From contig CAWJIE010000005.1 in assembly GCA_963842885.1 (NCBI GenBank), positions 416,001-480,000 of the forward strand: a stretch of 64,000 bases of DNA. Direction: 5' to 3'. A program made the position numbers and the translations under genes. Below, in pieces: positions 21,932 through 34,114 of the stretch. The notes beneath the pieces were generated by a model, which saw only the letters and a program-made list of their open reading frames with translations, ran no database searches and had not been told where the DNA came from. Origin of the DNA: an uncultured Nitrososphaerota archaeon (GTDB lineage: Archaea; Thermoproteota; Nitrososphaeria; Conexivisphaerales; DTJL01). Each line of letters begins with the position of its first letter. The first letter of the stretch is position 1.

Positions 21932-22491
21932 GTGGCAGGGGGTAAGGTGGACATACTGGTCGAGCTCGTCAGGCCGGAGCTGCGACTTGTGGTCCTTGGC
22001 TCGGGGCCCGTTGCGATGAGCATAGTAGAGCTGGCGCATTTCCTTGAAATGGGCAGCGTCCTGGTGGACTCCATACCGCCGTCGGTGAGCCTGCCGAGCT
22101 CGAGCAACTACGTGAAGGCCTGCCATGAGGAGGGCCTCTGAAGGTCCAAGTCGATGGTATGACTGGCATCGTGATAGTCACCAGGCACAAGAACGACGTT
22201 CCGGCGCTGACGGCCGCACTCAAGACGAGAGCGGGATACATCGGCATGATCGGGAGCCGGCACAGGGTCCAGACGATATTCTCGAGGGTCGCGAAGGAGA
22301 CGGGGATTGGGACCGCCGCCTTGGCATCGAGGGTCCACGCTCCCATAGGGCTGGACATCGGTGCTTCGACTCCGCAGGAGATAGCGGTGAGCGTGCTGGC
22401 CGAAGTACTGGCGCACTTCAGGAACGGAACGAACCAGCCCATGGCGCTCTTTGCGTCGGGGCGCCACGTCGGTTTGCTTAGGGTCCGATAG
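21932..22491 (+). CDS. XdhC/CoxI family Moco-insertion accessory protein, C-terminal Rossmann part (frameshifted)
   Basis: LVVLGSGPVA, YIGMIGSR, APIGLDIGASTPQEIAVS. Confidence 0.85.
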
Positions 22492-22735
22492 AAGAGAACC
22501 GATACAGGGGTTCGCTGGTATTTTCTAGCTTCGTCGACTCGGCTGCCCCATCTTTGCCGCTCGGCCGTTCTAAAGGCCACCACAGGAACAGGGTGAAACC
22601 AGTGCACGCCACCACTTCGCGGACGCCGTTCTTCGAGCTGTACGAGCGCATCGGTTCGATGGGTCCGAAGAAGATCAGCCACCTGAGCAGGCGGACACCA
22701 ACTTAAAAGGCGCCGTCCGTTCTGGTCTGGCTGTC

Positions 22736-24029
22736 TTGCCGGCCACCGTCATCGTGGGCCTTCAGTGGGGCGACGAAGGGAAGGGGAAAGTCATCGACTA
22801 TCTCTCCGAAGGGTACGAAGCTGTGGCGCGATTCAACGGCGGCTCCAACGCCGGCCATACGGTCGTCGTCGGGAGGGACGAAGCTGGCGTTCCATCTCCT
22901 GCCTTCAGGCGTCCTTCGCAAGAAGAAGCTCCTCATAGGGAACGGCGCAGTCGTGGACCCCGAAGTCCTCCTGAAGGAGCTAGATGAGGTGGCCTCTCTC
23001 AACGTCACTCCCGACCTCCTCATCAGCGACAGGGCGCACCTGACCCTCGGCCCTCACAAGTACCGGGACAGACTGGAGGAGGGAAGGAGAGGGAACCTCC
23101 GCCTTGGGCACGACCATGCGCGGCATCTCTCCAACCTTCTCGGACAGGGCGTCAAGGGCCGGGGTCCGAGCGGGGGACCTCGTCGACGACGATTCGCTGA
23201 AGATGGCCTACGAAACCTTCGCAGGATGGAACCGCGCGCTTCTCAGTGGCATCTACGGGGAGGACGGCGATGCCATCGTCAAGGACTCCTTTGACCGCCT
23301 GAGGGAGGCGGCTCCCCGTCTGAGGCCCTACATCGGGGACGTCTCCAGGATGGCGAACGAGATTCTTGACAGGGGTGGGAGGATGCTCCTTGAGGGCGCT
23401 CAGGGCTTCTACCTGGACGTCGACTACGGGACATATCCCTACGTCACCGCCACCCACACGACGGCCTCTTACGCTCCCGCGGGCGTGGGGATTCCCAGCC
23501 AGAGCGTCGAGAAGGTGATAGGTGTGATCAAGGCGTACTGCACGAGGGTGGGCTCGGGACCCTTCGTGTCCGAGATCAGCGGTCCCCTCTGCGAGGCCAT
23601 CCGGAAGAAGGGCAACGAGTACGGCGCCACCACGGGGAGGCCAAGGCGGGTCGGGTGGCTCGACGCGGCTGCGGCGAGGTACGCCGCGAAGGCCAGCGGC
23701 GTCACGGAGCTGGTCATCACAAAGGTGGACGTGCTAGGCGGCCTCGATAAGGTTCTCGTCTGTGACGGATACAGGGACGGCGACAGGGTCGTGACCTCTC
23801 CGCCTTCGACGATAATCCAGCTGCGACGATGCAGGCCGCACTACGTCGAATTCGACGGCTGGCCGGACCTGGGAGCCGAAGGATGGAGGGAGGCTGCGAA
23901 GGGGGGCCTCGGCTCCCTGCCCGACAATCTCAGGTCCTACCTGAAGGCGGTGGAGGGCCTCGGTGGGGGTCCCCATAAGGTATGCTCTCGTATGGATATG
24001 ATCGTGACGACACGCTGGAGCTGACCTGA
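22736..24029 (+). CDS. purA: Adenylosuccinate synthetase (several frameshifts)
   Basis: [41 protein letters not shown]. Confidence 0.95.
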
Positions 24030-24030
24030 G

Positions 24031-25440
24031 ATGGCTCCTGACAGCTCGCTCTCCGAGGTCTCGCCCATCGACGGCCGCTACAGGAAGGACGTGGGTGAGC
24101 TCTACAGGTACTGCTCCGAGTTCGCCCTGTTTCGATACCGCGTGCTAGTCGAAGTCCGCTTCCTTGAATCCTTCGCGAGCTCAGCTGGGCGGCCGGGTCG
24201 AAATCGAGCGAGGGGACATCAGGTTCGTCCGAAAGATCGCGAGCTCCTTCGACGAGGAGGGAGCGCGCGAAGTCAAGGCATACGAGGAGAGGGTGGGTCA
24301 CGACGTCGTGGCCGTGGTCGAGTACCTGAAGTACAGGTGCAGGAGGGGCGGCCACGGCAAGCTCGCCCGCTACGTCCACTTCGGCCTCACCAGCGACGAC
24401 GTGAACAACCTCGCATACTCGTTGATGCTGAAGGACGCCACTCTCAAGCTCTACGTGCCCGCTCTCTTGGAGCTGTGCCAGGTCTTGTCGAGCTAGGGCT
24501 AGGGAGTTGAGGACGGCACCCATGCTCGGTCACACTCACGGCCAGCCCGCCTCCCCCACGACGCTGGGCAAGGAGCTCGCCAACTACCTTGTCAGGCTGG
24601 CCCGCTTGGCTCGTCGCCTTTCTACCGGCTGTCTACCCGGGGAAGGCCACGGGTGCGGTGGGGAACTTCAGCGCCCTGGCGCTCAGCTATCCGGATGTCG
24701 ATTGGATCAAGTTCAGCTCGTCATTCGTGAGCTCGCTGGGCCTGCGCCCCGAGATCTTCACGACACAGGTCCTGCCACACGACGACCTCACTTCGCTGCT
24801 TCAGACCATCGCCCTGGTGGATCGCGTCATCCAGAACATGGACGTGGACATATGGCTCTACTGCTCCTTGGGCTACCTGAAGGTCAAGGGAAAGCCCAAC
24901 CAGGTGGGCTCTTCGACCATGCCGCACAAGGTCAACCCCATCGACTTCGAGAACAGCGAAGGGAATGCCAAGATCGGGGCCTCCCTGCTGGACCTCCTCT
25001 CCTCCGAGCTCGAGATGTCGAGGATGCAGAGGGACCTCTCCGATTCGACCCTCAAGCGCAACTACGGCGTGGCCCTCGCCCATTCGCTTCTGGCCGTCAA
25101 GAAGGCGACGGCGGGCCTCAGGAAGATCGACGCGGACGAGGAGGAGATGAGACACGACCTGGACAGGCACGCGGAGGTGCTGGGAGAGGCTCTTCAGCAC
25201 TCTCTCAGGAAGATCGGGAGGGAAGGTGCCTTCGAAGACGTGATGGGCATCCTGAAGGGAAGGAGGCTCAACATCAAGGAGTTCAGGGAGGTCCTGAGGA
25301 AGTCTCCTCTGGGCGAGGAAGCCGACCCCCTCCTACTCCGGTCTGGCTCCCAGCGAATACATAGGGCTGGCCCCCAAGCTCGTCGACATGGCGGTCAAGG
25401 AGGCGTCGGAGGACATGGCCGCTGCCGAAGATGCTTGTAA
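24031..25440 (+). CDS. purB: Adenylosuccinate lyase (several frameshifts)
   Basis: SPIDGRY, HFGLTSDD, THGQPASPTT, GSSTMPHKVNPIDFENSEGN, SRMQRDLSDS. Confidence 0.93.
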
Positions 25441-25486
25441 GGAGCACGTCTCCTGCTGGTGAGGGAGCTGTCCCCGGCCGAGCGGC

Positions 25487-26264
25487 CTAGGGCGCTCCGC
25501 CTTCCATCGTCTCCTGGATCTCCTTGATGACCTTCGCGTCCTGGTAGAGGTCGGGCGTCTGGACGTAAACGACGTCGATGAAGTCGGATTTCAGGAGCTC
25601 CTCGATCCTGTCAGAGACCGCGGCGGCCCTTATGGTCATCCTCTCCATATACGATTCCAAGCTGCCTTCCATCTGGCTGCGCAGCAGCCTCAGGGCACCC
25701 ACGAGATCGTCGGAGCTGTATATGTAGGGGAGCTGATGCTTCACAGTCACGGCGGCCTTGGAGGGGAGGAAGAGCATGGAGTCCACGGCGTAGGTGAGCT
25801 TGCCGGCGGACGGATCCACCCGCTGCCATACCTCGTCGAAGTCGGTCCTGTGGGGTCTCTCCATGAAGTGTGTGTCCCGCAGCAGGAGCCCTTTGGCGAA
25901 CACGAAGTGCCAGAACATGTTTCTGGCGAAGAGCTTGTTCACCTTCTCGTAGCTCGTGACGTAGAGGCCCACGGAGCTGCCAGACACCTCTACGAAGCTG
26001 TCGAGCTGGTGGAGGAAGGCGCCAAGATCGGCGAACTCCTCGATCGTGAGGCTGAGCGGCTCCCGTTCTGACTCCTTCAGCGCGAAGGAGCTCATCGACG
26101 CCGCTTGTGGCGCCCTGGATTTCGCTGTGCCCGTCGCCCACGCAAAAGAAGGCGCCCTCACCTTTCAGCACCTCTCCGCAGACCGGGTCGTGCGCAGGCT
26201 TCACCGGCCCGTCCAGTTCGAACTCCTCGTTGGAGTTGTAGACAAAGGCACGCATCTCTCCCAT
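25487..26264 (-). CDS. Hypothetical protein (frameshift near 26085)
   Basis: Two overlapping ORFs with coding-like codon usage join into about 258 aa. Confidence 0.6.
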
Positions 26265-26351
26265 GCAGGCATCGAGGCCCTATTATCATTTAAAGTGGAA
26301 CAGACCTACCAATTCTTATAGAGAGGAATCCCTTCCCAATAACGTCGCATC

Positions 26352-27011
26352 TTGTCTGACCTCATCCCGCCCCTCTACAAGGGCCACCTCCAGGAGGTCC
26401 TGGCGACGCGGATGGAGCTGCCGGTCGAGCTGAAGGTGGCCACCTGCGAGGGCTGCGAAAGCTGCGACAGGGCCGTGGCGCTTGTCGAGGAGCTCCCAGG
26501 CTGAGCGACAAGATCAGCTGTCAGGATGACAGAAGGTGACCCGGAGCCGGGACACCGACGAGGGGACTCAAAGCCACAAGAGGCCTTCGATCGAGGTCAA
26601 GGGGAGGGGAGGCACTTCGCTCGTGTTCTTCGGTGCTCCGATCGGCTCCGAGCTCGACGTCCTGGTGGATGCCATCTTCGCCGCCTCTAGGCAGAAGAGC
26701 CGTCTGCCGTCCTCGCTGGTGAGGCGACTCCAGAGGATTACAAGGAGGTGAGGGTCGAGATCTTCGTGTCGCCAGCCTGCCGCCGGTGCCCGCCCGTGGC
26801 CCGCTTCCTTATGGAGGCGGGGATGGAGAGCGAGAGGCTCCGAGTTGAAGTGATTGAGGCGTTCGAGTTCCCTGACTTGGCGCGCAAGTACGGAGTCCGT
26901 TCCGTTCCGGCCGTCGTGCTGGGTTCGGGCGCAGTCAAGGTGTACGATGCTACTGTCCCGAAGGTCGCCGCCCTTCTTTTGGAACTGTCGTCCCGGCAGA
27001 GTCAGAAATAG
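26352..27011 (+). CDS. Protein disulfide oxidoreductase (tandem thioredoxin folds, AhpF-NTD-like), frameshifted
   Basis: CESC and CRRC motifs, FFGAP.G.E, EFPDLARKYGVRSVP. Confidence 0.75.
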
Positions 27012-27075
27012 CGCAGCCGAAAAGGGCATCTTCGACTCGCGCCTATTAGCTCGGTTTCATCTCGGATCGATCGAA

Positions 27076-27500
27076 TTGTCCGTCAAGAGGAACAAGCTCG
27101 TGATGGTCGCCAGCCGGGGCACAGCCGATGGGCTTTGCCCGGCGCTGATCCTGGCTACTATTGTCTGCTATGAAGGGGATGGAGACGTACATCTGCTTCC
27201 CCTTCGGCGGTACGAAGCTCCTTACGAAGGCGTCGGCAAATTCCTTCACCTCTTTCTTAGAACTTGAGCTGACCAAGGAGCACTTCAAACAGCTCCTGTC
27301 TACGGCCGGGATGCCGTCCCTGAGCGATATGTTGAAGCAGGCGAAGGAGAGCGGAGTGAAGACCCACGCGTGCTCGCCCACCGTGGGCCTGTTCGGAACC
27401 AAGAAGGAGGACCTGGTCGGCGTCGTTGACGACGTAATCGGAGCCTCAGGGTTCCTTCGAACTGGCGTCGGATCCCGACGCGCTTACTCTGTTCATTTGA
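27076..27500 (+). CDS. DsrE/DsrF/DrsH-like sulfur-relay protein (frameshifted)
   Basis: PALILA...F.FGG...AKESGVKTHACSPT...DDVIGASGFL. Confidence 0.8.
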
Positions 27501-27577
27501 CGGCCATTACGCGACGCCTGAACTCCGAATACTTGTCGCCCAGCGTCTTTATCCGCTCCATGTCCAACTCGCCGTCC

Positions 27578-28369
27578 TCAGCAGATGATATGTTGAACGT
27601 AACCGTATGGAGTGATGTCGAACCTGGGCTGATAGCCGACGCTGCCAGTGTCCACCTCTATCGTGACTTCTTCGTTGGAGGGGTGGACCTTGACGCTTTC
27701 GGCCAGGAAGAACACCTGCCTGCCTTCGACGTAGGCGATCTTCGCGACGGTGTTGCTCCCCAGCTTGTTGACCACAGAGCCATCCGAGAGGACCGCGTCG
27801 GCGCCGAGGAGCACGATGTCCACTTTCGGCATGATGCTGCCGACCGTCATATCCGGGACGAGGATGTTACGAATCCCCTCATCTGAAAGCTTCTTGGAAA
27901 GGGCCTCTCCCTCGTGGCCCGGGTCCGAGACCGTCACGAAGACCTGCGCTAGCCTCTCCTTGGCTCTGAGCAGCGCCCCGAGGACGGTCTGGCTTTCGCT
28001 GACCGTGAGCACGACGATGGGCTTGTTGACGTACTGCATGAAGGCGTTGGCTATGGAGACCTTCGAGAGGACCATCTTTCTCTGGAGCCTCTCCGCCTCG
28101 CTGGCGGCCAGCTTCCCCACCTCGCCCTCAGTCCCCTTGTCGATGACCCTGCAGCAGAGCTCTGAGGAGGCGTTTCCTACGCAGATCATGGTGGGCCTGG
28201 CCTTCAGGAGCTGACGGGATACCCCTTTGAGCATCTTCAGGTCGGCCCCCGCAAAACCGTCGAGAGGCTTGAAGGCATCCAACCCCTTGATTGCCAGCCC
28301 GATGGCCCCCGTCGTCCTGTCGGCCTTTACCTCCTTGATGGCCTTAAGAGTCTCCTTGGGGTACTTCAA
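27578..28369 (-). CDS. aIF-2B alpha/beta/delta family (sugar-phosphate isomerase-like) protein
   Basis: ARPTM, LGADAV..DGSVVNKLGS, FDITP. Confidence 0.85.
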   Translation of the reverse strand: MKYPKETLKAIKEVKADRTTGAIGLAIKGLDAFKPLDGFAGADLKMLKGVSRQLLKARPTMICVGNASSELCCRVIDKGTEGEVGKLAASEAERLQRKMVLSKVSIANAFMQYVNKPIVVLTVSESQTVLGALLRAKERLAQVFVTVSDPGHEGEALSKKLSDEGIRNILVPDMTVGSIMPKVDIVLLGADAVLSDGSVVNKLGSNTVAKIAYVEGRQVFFLAESVKVHPSNEEVTIEVDTGSVGYQPRFDITPYGYVQHIIC

Positions 28370-28412
28370 CCGCAGCCAAATATGGGGTTCATTCGTATTT
28401 ATCGCTTTGGCT

Positions 28413-29618
28413 CTATATGATGGAGAGAGCCCTGCCCACCTTCTCGAACTTCGAAAGGGCGAAGTCGAGGTCCCCGACGGTGTGGCCTGCGGTCACGATG
28501 GTCCGAACCCTTGCCTTGTCCTTCGAGACCATGGGATAGACGATGGGCGTGACGAAGACCCCCTCGTCGAAGAGCCCCTGCGCCAGCGCCTGGGCCTTTC
28601 CGCTCTCTCCGACGATAACGGGGGTTATCGGGGTCTGGCTGCGGCCGGTGTCGAAACCCAGCTGCCGGAGACCCTTCTTGAAGTAGTCGGTGTTCCCCCA
28701 CAACCTCTCGAAGAGCTCCGGATGCCTCTGCACGTAGCGGACAGCAGCGAGGTTGGCCGCGGCGACGGCGGGGGGGTGCGAGCCCGAAAGGAGGAACGGT
28801 CTTGCCTTGTTGAAGAGGTAGTCGCAAAGGAACCTGCTGCCGGCTACGTACCCGCCGACGCAGCCGAAGGCCTTGGAGAAGGTCCCCATCTCCACGTCGA
28901 CCTTCCCCTGAAGCTTGAAATGGTTCACCGCGCCTCGCCCCAGCTCGCCCAGGACGCCTTCGCCATGGGCGTCATCGACGTAGGTCATGGAGGAGCTAAT
29001 CTCAGCCAGCTTGACGATGTCGGGTAACGGCGCGATGTCGCCGTCCATGCTGAAGACAGCGTCCGTCACGATTAGCACCCGCCGAAAGGACCGCGTCCCT
29101 TCGAGGGCCTCCCGAAGTGAATCCATGTCGCAGTGTTTGTAGACCTTCCGCTCAGCCTTGCTCATCCGGATGCCGTCTATGATGCTGCCGTGGTTGAGTT
29201 CGTCGCTTACGGCGACGTCGCCTTCGCCGATGAGGGAAGGGATGACCCCGAGGTTAGTCGTGAAGCCGCTCTGGAACGTAATCGTCGCCGGGGCCTCCTT
29301 GAACTTCGCCAGCTCCTCTTCGAGCTGAACATGGAGGCTCATGGTCCCAGAAATGACCCTGACGGCACCGGAGCCGACGCCGAATTCAGCCACGGCCTTG
29401 ATGGCTTCCAGCTTCAGCTCTGGGTTATTGGCCAAGTTGAGGTAGTTGTTGCTGCAGAGCAAGAGCTCCTTCCTGCCATCGACGGTGACCCATGTATCGG
29501 ATGGGCTCTCCAGAACGCGCTTCCTCCACAGGAGGTCTCCAGCAGCCATCTGATCCAGTTCCGCCTTTGCGATTAGATCGACGTCGTCCTGACGAGGGCT
29601 AGACATTGGGAGAGTCAA
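28413..29618 (-). CDS. kbl: Glycine C-acetyltransferase (2-amino-3-ketobutyrate CoA ligase)
   Basis: SNNYL, LNHGSIIDG, DDAHGEG, GTFSKAFG; divergent from tdh. Confidence 0.9.
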   Translation of the reverse strand: MTLPMSSPRQDDVDLIAKAELDQMAAGDLLWRKRVLESPSDTWVTVDGRKELLLCSNNYLNLANNPELKLEAIKAVAEFGVGSGAVRVISGTMSLHVQLEEELAKFKEAPATITFQSGFTTNLGVIPSLIGEGDVAVSDELNHGSIIDGIRMSKAERKVYKHCDMDSLREALEGTRSFRRVLIVTDAVFSMDGDIAPLPDIVKLAEISSSMTYVDDAHGEGVLGELGRGAVNHFKLQGKVDVEMGTFSKAFGCVGGYVAGSRFLCDYLFNKARPFLLSGSHPPAVAAANLAAVRYVQRHPELFERLWGNTDYFKKGLRQLGFDTGRSQTPITPVIVGESGKAQALAQGLFDEGVFVTPIVYPMVSKDKARVRTIVTAGHTVGDLDFALSKFEKVGRALSII

Positions 29619-29712
29619 CCCAGGAGAGATATTTATCGTTAATCGGCGACGCTCGCAGGGCTGGCGTTCTTGTAAAAACTATAAATGTGAACCCCCGTTC
29701 CTCCAAATCGGC

Positions 29713-30745
29713 ATGAAGGCCGTAGTCAAGGCCAGGCCTGCGTACGGCGCCGATTTCTTGGATGCGCCCGAACCTTTCATCAACAAGCACGAAGTTCTGG
29801 TGAAGGTTCGCGCGACCAGCATCTGCGGGACCGATGTCCACATCTATGATTGGAACGAATGGGCTGCAGCGAGAGTCAAGCCTCCATTGGTCTTTGGACA
29901 CGAGTTCGCAGGTGAAGTCGTGGAGGTGGGGAAGGATGTGAAGGGGCTTGTCGTCGGGGACAGCGTTTCCGGCGAGACCCACATACCATGCCAGAGGTGC
30001 GAGCAGTGCAGGACCGGGAACTACCATATCTGCGAGAACGTCCTTCTGAGGGGAGTCGACGTTCAGGGATGCTTCGCTGAGTTCGTCGCCCTGGACGAGG
30101 CGACCGCCTGGCGCAACGACAAGAGCATCTCCTTTGAGGTGGCTTCGGCGCAGGAGCCGCTGGGCAACGCTGTCCATACGGTGTTCAGCGGGGGCGGGGT
30201 CGAAGGGAAGACAGTGGCCATCTTCGGCTGCGGACCCATCGGTATCGCTTCGGCGGCCCTCTGCAAGGAGTCCGGAGCTGAGAAAATATTCGCCGTGGAC
30301 ATTTCGGACTACAGGCTGAAGCTTGCCCTGGAGTTCGGAGCGACGCACTCCATCAACGCGAAGGCGTCCGACCCCGTCAAGGAGATAATGCGCCAGACCA
30401 ACGGGCGCGGCGTCGACGTGTTCCTCGAGATGGCCGGCACGGCGGACACCATCAAGCAGGGCCTGAAAGTCCTCCGCTCGGGTGGAAGGGCCTCGATGCT
30501 GGGGCTCCCATCAGAGGCCCGTAGAGATCGATTTCTCGAACGACATCGTCTTGAAGATGGTGAACATGCAGGGCATCTACGGGCGAAGGCTCTATTCGAC
30601 GTGGTACACCGTGGCGTCGTATCTAAGGTCGGGTAGGATAGACCTCTCCAAGCTCATCACCCACCGGTTCAAACTCGGTGAGTACCAGAAGGCATTCGAC
30701 CTGATGAAATCGGGACAGAGCGGGAAGATTGTCATGACGCCCTGA
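29713..30745 (+). CDS. tdh: L-threonine 3-dehydrogenase (frameshift near 30515)
   Basis: ICGTDVHIY.W, GHEFAG, structural Zn cysteines, QEPLGNAVHT, GIYGR. Confidence 0.93.
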
Positions 30746-30998
30746 ACGCAGGCTCGTCTCAATCATCATCCGTTCTCATTCCGAAATCGACGAGCTTCAG
30801 AGGTCAAATCGAGGCGACCCTTTTGCACTCGACCCTAGACCTCACCGCATAAGAACCGACGTCGGGCTTTCGTATCTGGGAACTCGGCCTGGCCGTCTTG
30901 AATTGCGCCCGCGATGCCTCTCGGCCGGACCGGGCTCGCCTATTATTCCTCCTGCTTCGGCTCACGGCGGATTCGTCGTGCCCGAGGTCAGGAGCACT

Positions 30999-31217
30999 CT
31001 ACCCTGGAAGGTCGTAGCCTTCGTAGAGCGCCGAGCTGTCGTCCACGAACACGTCCTTGAGACAATCGCGAGCCAGCGCCTTCATCTCCTCGTCGAAGAA
31101 CTTGGAATGCTTGACCAGCGTTTCGAAGGCGTGTAACTTCTCCTCCTCTGAAAGGCTGACGAAGTACTCCTTCACTTTCGGCTCATCCATCTCCAGAATC
31201 TCTCTTATGCCAACCAA
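30999..31217 (-). CDS. Small acidic hypothetical protein
   Basis: 72-aa ORF with coding-like codon usage. Confidence 0.5.
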   Translation of the reverse strand: MVGIREILEMDEPKVKEYFVSLSEEEKLHAFETLVKHSKFFDEEMKALARDCLKDVFVDDSSALYEGYDLPG

Positions 31218-31388
31218 TTCGGATGCCCTGGCCTTGCCCCCTCATGTCTCCTTACACATATAAAACGATACTGGGGGGCATCCAGACTCCGTCGGCGTCA
31301 GCGGACCAACGTCGCCGGGTGGGTATTCCAGTGCGCCCTGGTGCATAAACCTCAAATAACCTCGGCGACAACACTATTCTGAGTCAAT

Positions 31389-31797
31389 ATGTCCAAGATA
31401 ACTGACCTTCTCAACAAAGCCGCGGCTGGCGAACTGCAGGCCGTGATTCAGTACATGTGGCAGCATGTCATGGTCAGAGGCCTCACGAGCCCTCAGGTGG
31501 CGGATGTCTTGAGGAGCACGGCCATCGAAGAGATGAAACACTACGAGAAGATAGCTGAGAGGTTGGACTACTTGGGCGCAGTGCCCACCACCCAGCCTGA
31601 CCCTATAGTTCGCAGCAAGAGCACGAAGGCCATGCTCGAAGGACGATATCAAGGCTGAGGAGGACGCCATCATACTCTACAAGCGCATTCTTGAGGTCTC
31701 GATGAAAGAGAAGGATTACGCGACGTACGAGCTCTTCGAGGACATCGAGGCCGACGAAGAAGAGCACCACCACGCGTTCCTCACCCTGATGGAGTAG
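31389..31797 (+). CDS. Ferritin-like/bacterioferritin-type di-iron protein (frameshift near 31640)
   Basis: ELQAVIQY, EEMKH, and DEEEH in shifted frame. Confidence 0.85.
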
Positions 31798-32001
31798 GTC
31801 CGCCGCCCAAGAGCACCTCACCCCAGAGCGGACATCGCGCCAACCGGTGCCTGTCAGTACGACCTGAGCGTCGACCTCCTAGGCATCGGCCTCGATCGTG
31901 CTGCGATGAGCACGCTCATGGGGCCATATGAGGCGCCTCTCCCAGGGCTGTGCAAGGTTGAGGGGCATCCTTATGTGCGGGGGTTGTCCCCCAAGGACGA
32001 C

Positions 32002-32851
32002 ATGGTCACGCCCTACGCCGACGAATCGGCCTTGGCGTCGACGTCCTGGGTAGAAGAGCACCTCCGCGACGTCGATGTTAGGGTCGTGGAGGTCGACTAC
32101 GACCCTGTGTCCAACTACTTCCTTGGCCACGTGCCTGGCGCCGTGCTGTTGGACTGGCGCAGGAATTTCAACGATCCTCTGTTGAGAGATGTGGTAGGGA
32201 GGGCCGGTTTCGAGAAGGTTATGGGTGACGCGGGCGTGAACAACGAGAGGACTCTAGTCCTCTACGGCGACTTCAACAACTGGTTCGCCGCCTTCGCGTT
32301 CTGGGTCTGCAGCTACTACGGCCTCAAAAACGTTAAGCTGCATGAACGGGGGCAGGAAGAAGTGGCTCATGGAGGACAGGCCCTTGACGAAGGAAGTCCC
32401 CAGCTTCATTCCCGAGCCCTTCCATGCGGCTTCCCCAGACGAATCCTGCAGGGTCTACATGCCACAGGTCCGGGAATCGCTCCATGTCGTGGGGAAGGTG
32501 CTGGTCGACGTAAGAAGTACAAGGGAGTTCTCGGGCGAAGTGCTGGCCCCGCCCGAATACCCGACCGAACTCGCTCAGAGGGGAGGTCACATCCCAGGCG
32601 CTGTCAACGTCCCCTGGAACTCCGTAATCAAGGACGATGGGACGTTCAAGTCCGTGGAGGAGCTGAAGGCGCTCCTTGAACCGAACGGTGTGACTCCGGA
32701 TAAGGACGTCATCACGTATTGCAGGATCGGTGAAAGGTCATCGCATCTGTGGTTTGTCCTCAAGCACCTCCTCGGGTTCTCCAACGTCAGGAATTACGAC
32801 GGCTCCTGGGCGGAATGGGGAAACGTAGTCAAGAATCCGATCGAAAGATGA
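32002..32851 (+). CDS. Tandem-domain rhodanese (thiosulfate sulfurtransferase), frameshift near 32340
   Basis: GHVPGA, GGHIPGA, YCRIGERS, YDGSWAEW. Confidence 0.92.
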
Positions 32852-32950
32852 CCGTCCCGAGGATGATGGTGCGGAGGCACGGCTGCGGAGCCTCGACGGG
32901 GCCTCTGCTGGCAGCTGAAGACCAGCTCATGCGGACGGTCCGATTCCGAG

Positions 32951-33151
32951 TCAGAACCACTTTATGTAGCTCACGTCACGGGCCGCAATGATGGCGGATA
33001 TCGCGGTCATAACGAATAGCACGAGCAGGGAGACGATTATGCCGGGGTTCAGAGAAATGACTACGATCGCCGTCACGAAGTTCAGGGAAAAGAACATCAT
33101 CAGGAAGTACTTGACGAACCGGAGGGCTCTTCTCTTGTTCAATGGTTCCAC
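32951..33151 (-). CDS. Small 2-TM membrane protein
   Basis: 66-aa hydrophobic ORF. Confidence 0.5.
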   Translation of the reverse strand: MEPLNKRRALRFVKYFLMMFFSLNFVTAIVVISLNPGIIVSLLVLFVMTAISAIIAARDVSYIKWF

Positions 33152-33365
33152 ACGCAGCCTGTCGATGGCATCGCATGCCCTTCAAAGCTTTTAGACCTTT
33201 TCGCTCCGGTCCTCACGACGGCCGTGGGTTTGGCGAGGCGGTGCCCTCCAAGACGCGCCTCGACAGCCAGCTCTCCTCCATTTGTGCCATATCTCCCGGA
33301 GGGTCGTTATAACGACCCATGGATAGACCCCTGAGGTCCGATCCGCCCTCGAGCATCTTTCACGC

Positions 33366-33545
33366 ATGATGAGGGGGCTCTCTCCCTACCTCGGCGAATG
33401 GATGGCCATAGTGGACTTCAAGATCGTTTGACATGGCGAGAACCAGGAGGTGGTAATGAACGAAGCGAGGGCGGCCCATCCCGGGGTCGTGTCGCTCCTG
33501 ATGAGGTTTCCCACCGTGACGATCATCCTCTCCAGGGATCCGATG
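33366..33545 (+). pseudogene. DUF5678-like small protein remnant
   Basis: Y.GEWMAIVDFKIV*HGEN..V..EAR..HP pattern, with in-frame TGA at 33429 and a later frameshift. Confidence 0.5.
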
Positions 33546-33602
33546 AGCCCATTCAGGAGGACATAAGGACACCACCGGCGGGCATCGGCCTCTTCTGAGG
33601 AG

Positions 33603-33854
33603 CTATATGGGCTGGCGTTTATCGGTTGGCAGACCCTTAACGGCCCTCCAGTAGCAGTGCTTGTTTTTTCCCGTGCGGCCGTCCTTCCTGTGCCTGAACT
33701 CCCAGTAGAAATACGGGCCGCCTTCAGGGTTCTTCCCGGTACGTACAGTCAGATAGGGCCTCCACGACGCTCGCCCGCACTTCGGACACTTCACTAGGTC
33801 CCCCTTCTCCTCGAGTTCCATTCTGAAACCGTCCTTCTCCAACACCTGCAACAA
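33603..33854 (-). CDS. Small C2HC zinc-ribbon protein (paralog 1)
   Basis: CPKCGR...RTGKNPE..Y.Y..F.H..D.RTG.NK.CY; clear homolog at 48357..48587. Confidence 0.75.
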   Translation of the reverse strand: MLQVLEKDGFRMELEEKGDLVKCPKCGRASWRPYLTVRTGKNPEGGPYFYWEFRHRKDGRTGKNKHCYWRAVKGLPTDKRQPI

Positions 33855-34114
33855 CCGGCTCCACGCTCAACACCTTGCTTCTGTGCCCTAGCCCTTAGTG
33901 TTGCTGCACTAATCGGGTTGACAAGCGAGCCTAACAGGATTAACTGGAAACGGCTTGCATGCCAACGAGCGCGCTCAACACCCAAGGAGGGGGCGGGGGG
34001 ATGCCCAAGCAGGGCATCCACCACGTCGCGGTTGCAGCATCGCGCGCAACACTAGTGCAGCTTCCTTCCACCGAGGAAAGGGATTTTAACCGAAGGAGGG
34101 GACTCCATGACGAT

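Noticed and set aside
33940-34000. ORB/replication origin (ACTGGAAAC plus G-run)
   Set aside because: Single partial match, no AT-rich unwinding element and no cdc6/orc1 nearby.
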